DNA of 64,000 nucleotides from Candidatus Moraniibacteriota bacterium (GTDB lineage: Bacteria; Patescibacteriota; Minisyncoccia; Moranbacterales; UBA1568), in NCBI GenBank assembly GCA_028711705.1, contig JAQTRS010000001.1, positions 30,581-94,580 on the forward strand, read 5' to 3'. A program made the translations under genes and the position numbers. Shown here in pieces: positions 1 to 9,436 of the stretch (position 1 is its first letter; each line of letters starts with the position of its first letter). The notes under the pieces were generated by a model. It saw only the letters and a list, made by a program, of their open reading frames with translations, was not told the DNA's origin and did not search any database.

Positions 1-670
1 GCTCCACAAAGGAAACAAAGAAGCGGAAGCCCGTCTTAAAAACGGCACCCTGACTGGTAAGGATGCTTTCGAGCTTTTCACGACCTATGGATTCCCCTTG
101 GAAATGACGCAGGAAATCGCCATCGAGAACGGAGTGGATGTGAATATCGTCGAATTCGAAAAGGAATTCAAGAATCATCAGGACCTTTCCCGTGCCGGAA
201 GCGCCGGAAAATTCAAGGGAGGATTGGCGGATCACGGGGAGATGTCGGTGAAGTATCACACGACAACCCACTTGCTTCAGCAGGCCCTGCGCCAAGTCTT
301 GGGCGATCATGTGGCTCAGAAGGGAAGCAACATCACCGCCGAGCGTTTGCGTTTCGACTTCTCGCACCCGAGCAAAATGACGGAGGAGGAAATCAAACGG
401 ACGGAAAGTATCGTGAATGAGAAAATCAAAGAAGCGCTGCCAGTGAGTTATCAGGATATCCCATTGGAAGAAGCGAAGAAGCTCGGGGCGATCGGACTTT
501 TCGGCGAGAAGTATGGCGAGACCGTGCGGGTGTATAAAGTCGGCGACTTCAGCCTCGAATTCTGCGGGGGGCCACACGTGACCAATACTTCGGAGCTTGG
601 AACGTTTAAGATTACGAAGGAAGAGGCTTCGTCGGCCGGGGTGCGACGGATCAAGGCGGTGCTGGAATAA
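1..670 (+). CDS. alaS: Alanyl-tRNA synthetase, C-terminal portion (5'-partial). It ends shortly after the editing-domain CGGPHV motif with no C-Ala domain.
   Basis: The frame entering the window translates LHKGNKEAEARLKNGTLTGKDAFELFTTYGFPLEMTQEIA, continuing to HTTTHLLQQALRQVLG and EFCGGPHV. These are classic AlaRS editing-domain motifs. Confidence 0.85.
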   Translation, partial: LHKGNKEAEARLKNGTLTGKDAFELFTTYGFPLEMTQEIAIENGVDVNIVEFEKEFKNHQDLSRAGSAGKFKGGLADHGEMSVKYHTTTHLLQQALRQVLGDHVAQKGSNITAERLRFDFSHPSKMTEEEIKRTESIVNEKIKEALPVSYQDIPLEEAKKLGAIGLFGEKYGETVRVYKVGDFSLEFCGGPHVTNTSELGTFKITKEEASSAGVRRIKAVLE

Positions 671-724
671 ATAGCAAGCTTGTAAGGAATTTTTACAAGT
701 TCGAGGCTATCATTTTGTAAAAAA

Positions 725-834
725 GCAACTGTTTCCAAAATAGAAACAGTTGCAAGAGAAATAGTAGTGTGCGCAGATTTTGCACACACTGCCAATATAT
801 GGAGAGTCAACTGTTGCAAAATTTGCAACAGTTG
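725..834. repeat. Cluster of three near-perfect palindromes in an AT-rich spacer. Two share a CAACTGTT core: GCAACTGTTTC-N7-GAAACAGTTGC at 725-753, and CAACTGTTGCAAA-a-TTTGCAACAGTTG at 808-834. The third is an imperfect GTGTGCGCA/TGCACACAC pair at 767-789.
   Basis: Inverted repeats read directly from the sequence between the alaS stop and the ygjP-like start. Confidence 0.6.
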
Positions 835-933
835 AAAAATTAGTTACTATAACCGATTTTAAAATATATTGATGAAAAAGCAATATATAAAAAGTGCATA
901 TTGCATATTTCAATAAACTAGGTGCTTTGTCTC

Positions 934-1494
934 ATGAAAAAAGAAATCAAAACACATAGCGGAACCATCCCGTACACGATGAAATCGGTGCGGTGGTCCA
1001 AGTCGGTGCGGCTTATCGTGCATGGCGATGGGTCGCTCGTTTTGACGAAGCCGTTGTGGGTGAGCGTCAAAAGAGCGGAAGGCTTTCTTTCGGATAAGAT
1101 TGAGTGGATTATCGAGAAGGTGCGGCAGGCGAAAGAGAATCATCCGGCTCATTTGGCACGCCAGGGGACCAAGGAGGAATATGCGAGGCTCAAGAAGCAG
1201 GCGCTCCAATTCGTGACCGAGCGGGTACGTAGTATCAACCAGGCGCATTATGGGTTCGACTATGCCAAAGTTTCGGTGCGGAATCAGAAGACGAGATGGG
1301 GGAGTTGCTCCAAGGATGGCAATCTGAGCTTCAATTACCGCATCGTCCTCCTCCCGCCTCACTGCGCGGATTACCTCATCGCCCACGAACTCTGCCACCT
1401 CAAGCAATTCAACCACTCGGACAAGTTCTGGAATCTCGTATCCAAGGCCTGCCCCGATCACCGAAAGGTGAGAAGGGAGATGCGGGGGTTGTAG
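934..1494 (+). CDS. YgjP-like zinc metallopeptidase (DUF45/WLM, M48 family), a gene type commonly found inside type I RM loci.
   Basis: HELCHL zinc-binding motif in the C-terminal half. Size ~186 aa. Lies directly upstream of hsdM. An alternative GTG start is at 922. Confidence 0.7.
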   Translation: MKKEIKTHSGTIPYTMKSVRWSKSVRLIVHGDGSLVLTKPLWVSVKRAEGFLSDKIEWIIEKVRQAKENHPAHLARQGTKEEYARLKKQALQFVTERVRSINQAHYGFDYAKVSVRNQKTRWGSCSKDGNLSFNYRIVLLPPHCADYLIAHELCHLKQFNHSDKFWNLVSKACPDHRKVRREMRGL

Positions 1495-1657
1495 ATCAAT
1501 TTTTTTTACCTTACATAAAGAGAATTCCTGATAGAGTATCTATTTGGGAATTTTTTTATCAAACTACAAAGAAAATATAAAAAATGCGGGATTTACCCCT
1601 TGTAAAGCCAAGAATTTAGGAGTAGACTAAAGAAAATCAGTAAATTTCCATTCTGCT

Positions 1658-3202
1658 ATGGCAAAAAACAATACTCAGAAATCAGAATCGTTTGAAAAGA
1701 TACTTTTCAGATCGGCGGATAAGTTGAGAAAGAATATGGATGCAGCCGAGTATAAGCATATTGTACTTGGTCTTATTTTTCTCAAATATATCTCTGATTC
1801 TTTTGAGGAGTTGTACGAAAAAATAAAGTTGGGAGAAGGGGATTTTGCAGGAGCAAATCCTGAGGATGCGGACGAGTATCGCGCGGAGAATGTTTTCTTT
1901 GTTCCGCAGATTGCGCGATGGACATTTCTTCATACAAGAGCAAAGCAACCGACTATTGGCAAGGATCTTGATAATGCGATGGAAGCTATTGAAAAAGAAA
2001 ATCCAACACTCAAAGGAATTCTTCCGAAAGTATATGCTAGACCAAACCTTGATAAAACTGCACTTGGTGGACTTATCGACCTTGTGGGAAATATCGCCAT
2101 TGGAACAGAAGCAGCAAAAAGCAAAGATTTACTCGGAAGAGTATATGAGTATTTCCTCGGAGAATTTGCTAATGCCGAAGGAAAGAAGGGTGGCCAATTC
2201 TACACGCCAAAATCAATTGTTCGATTGATGGTAGAAATGGTCGAACCACACAATGGCCGAGTATATGATCCTGCCTGCGGAAGCGGCGGGATGTTTATTA
2301 TGAGTGAGAAATTTGTTCAAAGTCATCAGGGAAGAGTGGATGATATTTCCATCTATGGTCAAGAATCCAATCAGACAACATATCGTCTTTGTCGGATGAA
2401 TCTTGCTATCCGTGGTATTGATGGATCGCAAGTAAGATGGAATACTGAAGGATCCTTTCTTAACGATGTTCACAAAGACCTTAAAGCAGACTATATCCTT
2501 GCGAACCCCCCTTTTAACGATAGCGATTGGTCAGGACAGCTCCTTGTTAATGATCCTCGCTGGCAATATGGTACTCCACCAGCTGGCAACGCCAATTTTG
2601 CATGGCTTCAGCATATGTTGTATCATCTTTCTCCAAAAGGTGTGATGGCATGCGTACTTGCAAACGGATCACTTTCAAGTCAGACAAGCGGGGAAGGCGA
2701 AATTCGAAAATCACTTATCGAGCATGATGTTGTGGATTGTATCGTCGCACTTCCAAAGCAGCTTTTCTACAATACCGGTATCCCAGCGTGTATTTGGTTT
2801 CTTTCTCGAAAGCGTACGGGTAATGGCGATCGAAAGCGGACTGGAGAAATACTTTTTATCGACGCAAGCGAAGTTGGATATATGGCCGATCGCACTCACA
2901 AAGAATTTAGTGAGGATGATATGGCTATGATTGCCAATACGTATCACGAGTGGCGCAAAGAGGATGGGAAATATGAAGATAAAAAAGGTTTCTGTAAATC
3001 CGCTACGTTGGAAGAAATAGTCAAACATAATTTTGTCCTTACACCGGGGCGCTATGTGGGTATTCCAGATGAGATAGATGACGGAATCCCATTTGAAACC
3101 AAAATTTCCGCCCTTACCGCAACTCTCAAAAACCAGATGACACAGGAGGAAAAGTTGAATGCAGAGATACGAAAGCAGCTAGGGAAAATTAACATATTCT
3201 GA
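1658..3202 (+). CDS. hsdM: Type I restriction-modification system methyltransferase subunit HsdM (N6-adenine)
   Basis: N-terminal HsdM_N-like [25 protein letters not shown]. AdoMet motif DPACGSGG. Catalytic NPPFN motif. Confidence 0.92.
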   Translation: MAKNNTQKSESFEKILFRSADKLRKNMDAAEYKHIVLGLIFLKYISDSFEELYEKIKLGEGDFAGANPEDADEYRAENVFFVPQIARWTFLHTRAKQPTIGKDLDNAMEAIEKENPTLKGILPKVYARPNLDKTALGGLIDLVGNIAIGTEAAKSKDLLGRVYEYFLGEFANAEGKKGGQFYTPKSIVRLMVEMVEPHNGRVYDPACGSGGMFIMSEKFVQSHQGRVDDISIYGQESNQTTYRLCRMNLAIRGIDGSQVRWNTEGSFLNDVHKDLKADYILANPPFNDSDWSGQLLVNDPRWQYGTPPAGNANFAWLQHMLYHLSPKGVMACVLANGSLSSQTSGEGEIRKSLIEHDVVDCIVALPKQLFYNTGIPACIWFLSRKRTGNGDRKRTGEILFIDASEVGYMADRTHKEFSEDDMAMIANTYHEWRKEDGKYEDKKGFCKSATLEEIVKHNFVLTPGRYVGIPDEIDDGIPFETKISALTATLKNQMTQEEKLNAEIRKQLGKINIF

Positions 3203-3322
3203 TACCCCCCAACAAGAAATCATCACGGATAGTGCTTTAAATGAGCCATATTTACGACTATTTACATCTCTTGTATAGTATAGTATACTAGAAACATACA
3301 TTTGTAGATAAGTATACTCTCT

Positions 3323-4747
3323 ATGAACCAAGAACTCATTCATTATCTTCAACAGCAACTTCGAACAACTGATGAACGGTTGAAACGCTTTACGCATAGT
3401 TCAGATGGAAAAAAACATCCGAGCCGTTTTATGTTTGTGAAATTGAAACAATACATCGATGATTTTCTTGAAAAAAAATCCGAAAATAAAATGATTATCA
3501 TTCCAGGATTTCGAGGTGTTGGTAAAACGACATTGACAGCTCAAATGTGCGAGCACTACCAACGTCGCATAAAACACACCCTCTTTATTTCGATTGAGGA
3601 TGCAAAGAATCTTTTTGATGTCGGTATTGCTGAGATTATGAATGCTTACGAAAGTATTCTTGGGAAGGATCTTGAAAGTATTGATTATCCAATCCTTATT
3701 TTCCTCGATGAAGTTCAAACTGATCCAAAGTGGGCAATTACACTTAAATCACTTTTCGAAAAAACGACAAATGTGTTTTTTTGCTGCACCGGTTCATCTG
3801 CAGTAACGCTTCAAACAACAAGCAATCTTGCTCGTCGAGCTGTTTTTGAACGGATGCCGCCTATGTGTTTCACTGAGTACGAAATGGTGAAGAATAATAT
3901 TTTTCCGATAACTAAATTGAAAGATTTTATTCGACAGGCAGTGTATTTTTCTCAGGATGCCGATGCAGTTTATGCAAGTCTCCTTCGTATTCAGCCATCG
4001 GTCAATCAGTATTGGTCGAAAGTAAATCGAAATGATATTCGTCCTTATTTGGCATACGGCGCCTTACCCTTTTCTCTTATAATGCCAAATGAAACGGTAG
4101 TCTATGAATCGATCTCGTTGCTTTTGGATAAGATTATCAAATCAGATCTTTCGACGATCGGTAATTTCGATATTGAGACATTGGGAGCGGTCAAGCGAAT
4201 TCTCTTTGCTATTGCTGAGAATGACACAACGAGCCTCAAAACTCTCGAAGATCGTTTTGGCCTGAGTCGTCTCACTATTGCTAATATCTTTGATGCTTTA
4301 GAGAAAGCGGAATTACTTATCAAAATCCCAGCTTACGGATCAAATATGACTATTGCTAAAAAGGCGAATAAATACCTCTTTATGGCCCCGGCTATCCGAA
4401 TGTCTTTCTTTTATCTTACTGGTCTTGAGAGCACTTACCTTGTCAGGCAAGGAAAACTGCTTGAGGATTCTGTTGGCTCGCATCTCTATCGAGAATTTAT
4501 TCTCAGGGGCCAGGGCGCTATTCGTTATGATAGCGCTCAAGGGGGAGCAGATTTCATATTGCAGATTCAAAATAATCGACAAATCATCATTGAAGTTGGA
4601 ATGGGAAAGAAGGATAGAAAGCAAGTTGCTAACAGTGCGAAGAAAATCAATGCCGTTTACAATATTGTTTTTTCAGAATCAGAACTCAGGATTGATCATG
4701 ATTTGAAAACAGTATTTGTACCGTTAGATTATTATTTTTTGATGTAA
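3323..4747 (+). CDS. AAA+ ATPase of the AAA_14/DUF4143 (COG1373-like) type, nested between hsdM and hsdS.
   Basis: Walker A PGFRGVGKTT. Walker B ILIFLDEVQ. ~470 aa architecture typical of the AAA+DUF4143 family. Confidence 0.65.
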   Translation: MNQELIHYLQQQLRTTDERLKRFTHSSDGKKHPSRFMFVKLKQYIDDFLEKKSENKMIIIPGFRGVGKTTLTAQMCEHYQRRIKHTLFISIEDAKNLFDVGIAEIMNAYESILGKDLESIDYPILIFLDEVQTDPKWAITLKSLFEKTTNVFFCCTGSSAVTLQTTSNLARRAVFERMPPMCFTEYEMVKNNIFPITKLKDFIRQAVYFSQDADAVYASLLRIQPSVNQYWSKVNRNDIRPYLAYGALPFSLIMPNETVVYESISLLLDKIIKSDLSTIGNFDIETLGAVKRILFAIAENDTTSLKTLEDRFGLSRLTIANIFDALEKAELLIKIPAYGSNMTIAKKANKYLFMAPAIRMSFFYLTGLESTYLVRQGKLLEDSVGSHLYREFILRGQGAIRYDSAQGGADFILQIQNNRQIIIEVGMGKKDRKQVANSAKKINAVYNIVFSESELRIDHDLKTVFVPLDYYFLM

Positions 4748-4780
4748 GGAAAGAATTTTTAGTTTTTATGATTTTTTATT

Positions 4781-5311
4781 ATGGGACCGAAAGATATAAG
4801 AAAGAAAATTTTAGAGATGTTGTATTCTCAGAGATCAGGGTTTATGGTAAAAACTGATGATTTAATAAATAGCTTTAAACCTAAACTTGATGACCCAATT
4901 TTGCATCAAGAAATAGAGTATCTTAAAGGAAAGGGTTTTCTTGAGACCCAAGCTGAATTCATGGGGAGAGAGTATCTTTATTTTGCTGGCTTAAAAATTA
5001 CTCCTATTGGAATTGATCTTGTTGAAAATCCAGAAGAATTTGGAAAATTATTTAACGTACATATAAATAATTTTGGAAATATCTCACAAAGCAACGTTGT
5101 AGCTAGCTCTTCCAATATTAATCAAAGTATAAATGTTCAAACCAATGATATCTCTCCTGAAATTTTAGAATTGTTACAGCAGTTAAAAAAAGCGATTGAG
5201 GATGGCGACATTGAGAAGAAGGATTCTCTGCTACAGAAGCTGAGGAGCGGTGCTGAAAATGTATTTTGGAACCTCGTAGCAAGTGGTATTTATACGGTGA
5301 TTCAAAAATAA
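4781..5311 (+). CDS. Hypothetical protein with a probable N-terminal winged-helix DNA-binding domain, nested in the RM locus.
   Basis: The ORF starts 34 nt after the ATPase stop. The N-terminal KKILEMLYSQRSGFMVKTDDLINSF...EIEYLKGKGFLET resembles PadR/wHTH folds. The C-terminal half is Asn/Ser-rich and helical. Confidence 0.45.
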   Translation: MGPKDIRKKILEMLYSQRSGFMVKTDDLINSFKPKLDDPILHQEIEYLKGKGFLETQAEFMGREYLYFAGLKITPIGIDLVENPEEFGKLFNVHINNFGNISQSNVVASSSNINQSINVQTNDISPEILELLQQLKKAIEDGDIEKKDSLLQKLRSGAENVFWNLVASGIYTVIQK

Positions 5312-5331
5312 AGTGGGGTAAATTTACACAT

Positions 5332-5745
5332 ATGTTAAAAGTAAAGTACAAAGAAAGGCCAACGAAGGAGGCTATAGAAGGATATTGCAGAATGATTGAG
5401 GGTCTTTTGTCCGTTCATAAGTTGAAATTAGAAGTTGATATCTGGGATGGTCCTATGATTATCAAATCATATCAGGGCAATCAACATATAGAGGATGCAT
5501 ATGTTTGGATACGAGGTATTGCTGTTAAGATGCCTGGAAGGAAAGTTTTTTCTATATATCCAGCGCCAAGAGGCGGATTAGATGAAACCGTTTCAGATAA
5601 GGAAATATGGGATGATGCCTATATTATTCAAGATGAAATTTATCAGAAGTTGAATAGATTTTCTTATGTAGGAAATATGTCTGATCCATATTGGGAATTA
5701 TGGGATAACCTCCCCAAGGCGGTTAAGAAATTGAAAGGGGAATAA
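5332..5745 (+). CDS. Hypothetical protein (~137 aa), nested in the RM locus.
   Basis: ORF with an ATG 21 nt after the upstream stop, same strand, very AT-rich. No recognisable motif. Confidence 0.4.
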   Translation: MLKVKYKERPTKEAIEGYCRMIEGLLSVHKLKLEVDIWDGPMIIKSYQGNQHIEDAYVWIRGIAVKMPGRKVFSIYPAPRGGLDETVSDKEIWDDAYIIQDEIYQKLNRFSYVGNMSDPYWELWDNLPKAVKKLKGE

Positions 5746-5761
5746 ATTTTACAAGAAAGTT

Positions 5762-6406
5762 ATGTTTTCTAGCGAGATATTTGAGGTAATAAATCATGGG
5801 AGCGAAGAGGTAAACATCGAGTATAAAGATTCGATGGATTGGTCTTTGGATGAAACGAGATGGAAAATTATTCAGGCTGTTTTAGCGATGTCTAACACAA
5901 AAGATGGCGGATACATCGTTATTGGTGTAGAGGAAAGAGAAAAAGTTTTTTATGCAAAGGGTATGTCTGAGGAGTATTTTAAATCATTTAATCATGACCA
6001 TCTCTCAAATGTGTTAAGCGAATACTGTGATCCAAATATTCAGTTTCGCGTATTGTCAGATGTAGCGGAAATAGATGATGAGAAAAGGCTATTTATTGTG
6101 ATTGAGGTCTCGGAATCAATGCAACCTGTCATATGTAAAAAATTAGCACTACGGAGCAAAAAAGAAAAAGCGTTTCCAGAAAATATTGCATTAAGGAAAA
6201 ATGCTATTTACATACGTTCAAAAACACCTATTGAATCTCGCGAAATCGCATCAGCACATGAATGGCGCGAATTTATCGAGCGAATTGTTGAGAAAAATCG
6301 TGCAGAATTGATCAAAAGAATGCCTTGTTCCAGGTTTAAGTCAGAGATCTTAGTATCTGACAGTGATAAATTTAATAAGGATCAGGAAAGAGATAAGATT
6401 ATATAA
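5762..6406 (+). CDS. AlbA_2 / Schlafen-like putative DNA-binding domain protein, nested in the RM locus.
   Basis: EYKDSMDWSLDETRWKIIQAVLAMSNTKDGGYIVIGVEE matches the AlbA_2 (divergent Schlafen core) signature E.K...AfaNt.GG.l.iGV. Confidence 0.5.
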   Translation: MFSSEIFEVINHGSEEVNIEYKDSMDWSLDETRWKIIQAVLAMSNTKDGGYIVIGVEEREKVFYAKGMSEEYFKSFNHDHLSNVLSEYCDPNIQFRVLSDVAEIDDEKRLFIVIEVSESMQPVICKKLALRSKKEKAFPENIALRKNAIYIRSKTPIESREIASAHEWREFIERIVEKNRAELIKRMPCSRFKSEILVSDSDKFNKDQERDKII

Positions 6407-6411
6407 AACAT

Positions 6412-7146
6412 ATGTCAGATACTGATAAATTGTTGGCTAAGATTAAGTCACGCGGCCATTGGAAGGTGGTTATACGACCAACCGAGTATTCGGAGAATCT
6501 TATTCCATCCTTAGAAGATTGCAAAAGATTAATAGAGGAGAGTAGTGTTAGTCTAAGAGGGTGGGATTACCCTTATATTGATAGACATGGTAATGTGGGA
6601 AATGCAAGTGCAAATAGTGTTCATTCAATGTGTGATTGGGATGACATGTCATTTTTTGAATACTGGAGATTCTATAAAACGGGACAATTTGTTCATTATT
6701 TTTCAATGAGGGAAGATTGGGAAATTGATGAAAATAAAAAAGTAGAAATTCAAAGAAACCTTCGTACGAAATCCGATAAGTTTCTTGGTATTCTATCGAC
6801 ACTTTATTCAATAACGGAAATTTTTGAGTTCGGTTCGAGATTGTTTACAAAGTTAGAGCTTGTCAAGGGTGTTGAAATTATAATTGAATTACATGGAGTT
6901 AATGGAAGAACCTTATTTTTCTGGGATTCTTTCATGCGTATTCTCTATAAGGATTACACGTGCGTATATACTGATGACCTGGCTAAAATTTCACTGACAA
7001 TACCGCGAGAGGATTTAATAAGAAATTCGACAGACCTTGCGCTCCGAGAGTCAATTAAACTTTTCAGAGAAGCTTTCAATTGGAGTGGGGCTAACGAAGG
7101 TATTTTCAGGGAAGATCAGAAAAAGCTATTGGAACGTCGTTTGTAA
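6412..7146 (+). CDS. Hypothetical protein (244 aa), nested in the RM locus. It is possibly the functional partner of the preceding AlbA_2 protein.
   Basis: ORF starts 6 nt after the AlbA_2 gene stop. Trp/Phe-rich. No recognisable motif. Confidence 0.45.
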   Translation: MSDTDKLLAKIKSRGHWKVVIRPTEYSENLIPSLEDCKRLIEESSVSLRGWDYPYIDRHGNVGNASANSVHSMCDWDDMSFFEYWRFYKTGQFVHYFSMREDWEIDENKKVEIQRNLRTKSDKFLGILSTLYSITEIFEFGSRLFTKLELVKGVEIIIELHGVNGRTLFFWDSFMRILYKDYTCVYTDDLAKISLTIPREDLIRNSTDLALRESIKLFREAFNWSGANEGIFREDQKKLLERRL

Positions 7147-7169
7147 TTGAAAGTAAAATATTTCTCAGT

Positions 7170-8408
7170 ATGAAAAATTGGAAAGAAACAACTTTAGGAG
7201 AGGTGACTGATCTTATTATTGACCATAGGGGACTGACTCCAAAAAAGATTGGAGGAGATTGGTCTGATATTGGGTATCGGGCGATTTCTGCAAAGTCTAT
7301 TAAAAATGGTCAGCTTGTAAATGAGGAACAAATGAATATTCTTCCGGAAAACCTCTATAAAAAGTGGATGAAGGAGGAAATTCAATACGGCGATATTTTT
7401 CTGACTTCTGAGGCACCTCTGGGTGAACATATCGTTTGGAAGTCTGAGGAGAAGTTGGTATTGAGTCAAAGAATTTTTGGCATAAGAACCAAGAAAGAAA
7501 AACTTGATCCGTTTTTCTTTAATTATTTTATCGATAGCAAATTTTACCAACACGAACTAAAGAGCAAGGAATCCGGGTCTACTGTTACGGGCATAAAACA
7601 ATCGGAATTATTAAAGACTAGGGTTATTCTTCCACCTCTCGAAGAGCAGAAAGAAATTGCGGGGGTTTTGGGGAGTTTGGATGATAAGATCGAGCTTTTG
7701 CGAGAGGAGAACAAAACCTTGGAAGCAACCGCACAGACCATTTTCAAAGAATGGTTCGTCAATTTCAATTTCCCAAATATTGAAGGAAAACCCTACAAAT
7801 CATCCGGCGGAAAAATGATCAACTCCGAACTCGGCTTGATCCCAGATGGGTGGAGAGTTGGGAGACTATCAGAGATTGCGAATTTCCTGAATGGCTTGGC
7901 ATTACAGAAGTTTCCGCCAGAGAGTACCACTGAGTATTTACCTGTTATTAAAATTAAAGAACTGAATTCTGGAATTTCTAACCAAACCGATAAAGCAAGC
8001 GCGAAACTGGATAAGAAATATATTGTTGAGGATGGAGATATCTTATTTTCATGGTCAGGGAGCCTCATCGTAGATATTTGGAAATACGGAAGAGGGGCAT
8101 TGAATCAGCATTTGTTTAAGGTAGCATCTGACCAGTACCCAAAGTGGTTTTATTTATATTGGACGAAAGAGCATTTGGCGAACTTTCAGCAAATAGCAAC
8201 TGCAAAGGCCGTTACAATGGGGCATATTCAGAGACATCATTTGGATGATGCGCTTGTCACGATACCAATTGAAGAGTTTATGAAGATATCAGATGATGTA
8301 TTTGCACCGATGCTTGAAAAAATTATCAATAATAATTCTGAGATCCAGACTCTCTCAACTCTTCGCGATACTCTTTTACCAAAGTTGATGAGTGTTAATA
8401 ATAAGTAA
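7170..8408 (+). CDS. hsdS: Type I restriction-modification system specificity subunit HsdS (two target-recognition domains)
   Basis: Conserved central and C-terminal HsdS helices (LPPLEEQKEIAGVLGSLDDKIELLREENKTLEATAQTIFKEWF and LSTLRDTLLPKLMSV). ~410 aa. Confidence 0.88.
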   Translation: MKNWKETTLGEVTDLIIDHRGLTPKKIGGDWSDIGYRAISAKSIKNGQLVNEEQMNILPENLYKKWMKEEIQYGDIFLTSEAPLGEHIVWKSEEKLVLSQRIFGIRTKKEKLDPFFFNYFIDSKFYQHELKSKESGSTVTGIKQSELLKTRVILPPLEEQKEIAGVLGSLDDKIELLREENKTLEATAQTIFKEWFVNFNFPNIEGKPYKSSGGKMINSELGLIPDGWRVGRLSEIANFLNGLALQKFPPESTTEYLPVIKIKELNSGISNQTDKASAKLDKKYIVEDGDILFSWSGSLIVDIWKYGRGALNQHLFKVASDQYPKWFYLYWTKEHLANFQQIATAKAVTMGHIQRHHLDDALVTIPIEEFMKISDDVFAPMLEKIINNNSEIQTLSTLRDTLLPKLMSVNNK

Positions 8409-8415
8409 TTTATGT

Positions 8416-9393
8416 ATGGTGACAAGGCAACGAAAACTGGGATCAGTAAAAAATGAATTGATTCGAAAATCTATTGAGTCAATGCTTTCTGCTGTTCAAA
8501 TATTTAATAATCCCAGTATCCAATTTAAATCTGAATCTTTTATAGTTCTCTCTGTGATTGCATGGACATACCTCTTACATGCTCACTACAGAGAACAAAA
8601 AATCGAATACCGGTATTTTGAACAGAAAGGGAAGAGAAGAAAGTTTGATACAACGAAGAATGGAGCATATAAATATTGGGAACTTGAAAGATGTTTAAAT
8701 GATATTAAATCACCTATAGACAAAGTTACATCAAATAATTTAAAGTTTTTGATTGGGTTAAGACATGAGATAGAACATCAAATGACAACTAAAATTGATG
8801 ATTTATTGAGTGCTAGATTTCAAGCATGTTGTTTGAATTATAATAGTTACCTAAAGAAATTATTTCCAAAACAGGATGGGATTGAAAAGTATTTGTCTTT
8901 TAGTCTTCAGTTCTCATCTTTGAATGAAAAACAGATTGACCAATTGGTTGATTATGAAGATTTACCCCAAAACATTTCAATTTATATACAACAATTTGAT
9001 CAAGAACTACCGGATGAAGAATTTAATGATAGCAGATTTTCTTATAGGGTTTTATTTGTACCGAAAACAGCAAACAGAAAAGGTCAGGCGGACAAGGTTA
9101 TTGAATTTATTCCAGCTGATTCAGAAGTTGCCAAGGGAATGAATAAAGAATATGTATTAGTGAAAGAGAAAGAGAAAATGAAATATTCACCTAGTGAAAT
9201 TTGGAAGAAAATACAAAAAGACGGTTTTAAAAAATTTGGCGCATACCAACACACTCAACTGTGGCGGACTGAAAACGCAAAAGACCCCTCAAAGGGATTT
9301 GGTACTTTCGTTGTAAAAACTTGGTATTGGTATGATTCCTGGCTTGATTTTGTAAAAAAACATTGTGAGGAGAATAAATCAGAATATACCTAG
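8416..9393 (+). CDS. Hypothetical protein carrying an R-x4-H (RHEIEH) motif, a possible HEPN/Abi-like domain, nested between hsdS and hsdR.
   Basis: ATG at 8416 (MVTRQRK) overlaps the hsdS stop region. The motif GLRHEIEHQ is flanked by predicted helices. Confidence 0.5.
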   Translation: MVTRQRKLGSVKNELIRKSIESMLSAVQIFNNPSIQFKSESFIVLSVIAWTYLLHAHYREQKIEYRYFEQKGKRRKFDTTKNGAYKYWELERCLNDIKSPIDKVTSNNLKFLIGLRHEIEHQMTTKIDDLLSARFQACCLNYNSYLKKLFPKQDGIEKYLSFSLQFSSLNEKQIDQLVDYEDLPQNISIYIQQFDQELPDEEFNDSRFSYRVLFVPKTANRKGQADKVIEFIPADSEVAKGMNKEYVLVKEKEKMKYSPSEIWKKIQKDGFKKFGAYQHTQLWRTENAKDPSKGFGTFVVKTWYWYDSWLDFVKKHCEENKSEYT

Positions 9394-9436
9394 TTTTATG
9401 TGAATGAATACTCGCTCTAAGGATTGATATTAACGG

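Noticed and set aside
1296-1580. ORF overlapping the 3' half of the YgjP-like gene in another frame
   Set aside because: The YgjP-like frame carries the HELCHL zinc motif. The overlapping frame is Pro/Arg-rich, with no motif.
8924-9142. 72-aa ORF inside the nested HEPN-like gene
   Set aside because: Internal alternative frame of an AT-rich gene. No independent signals.
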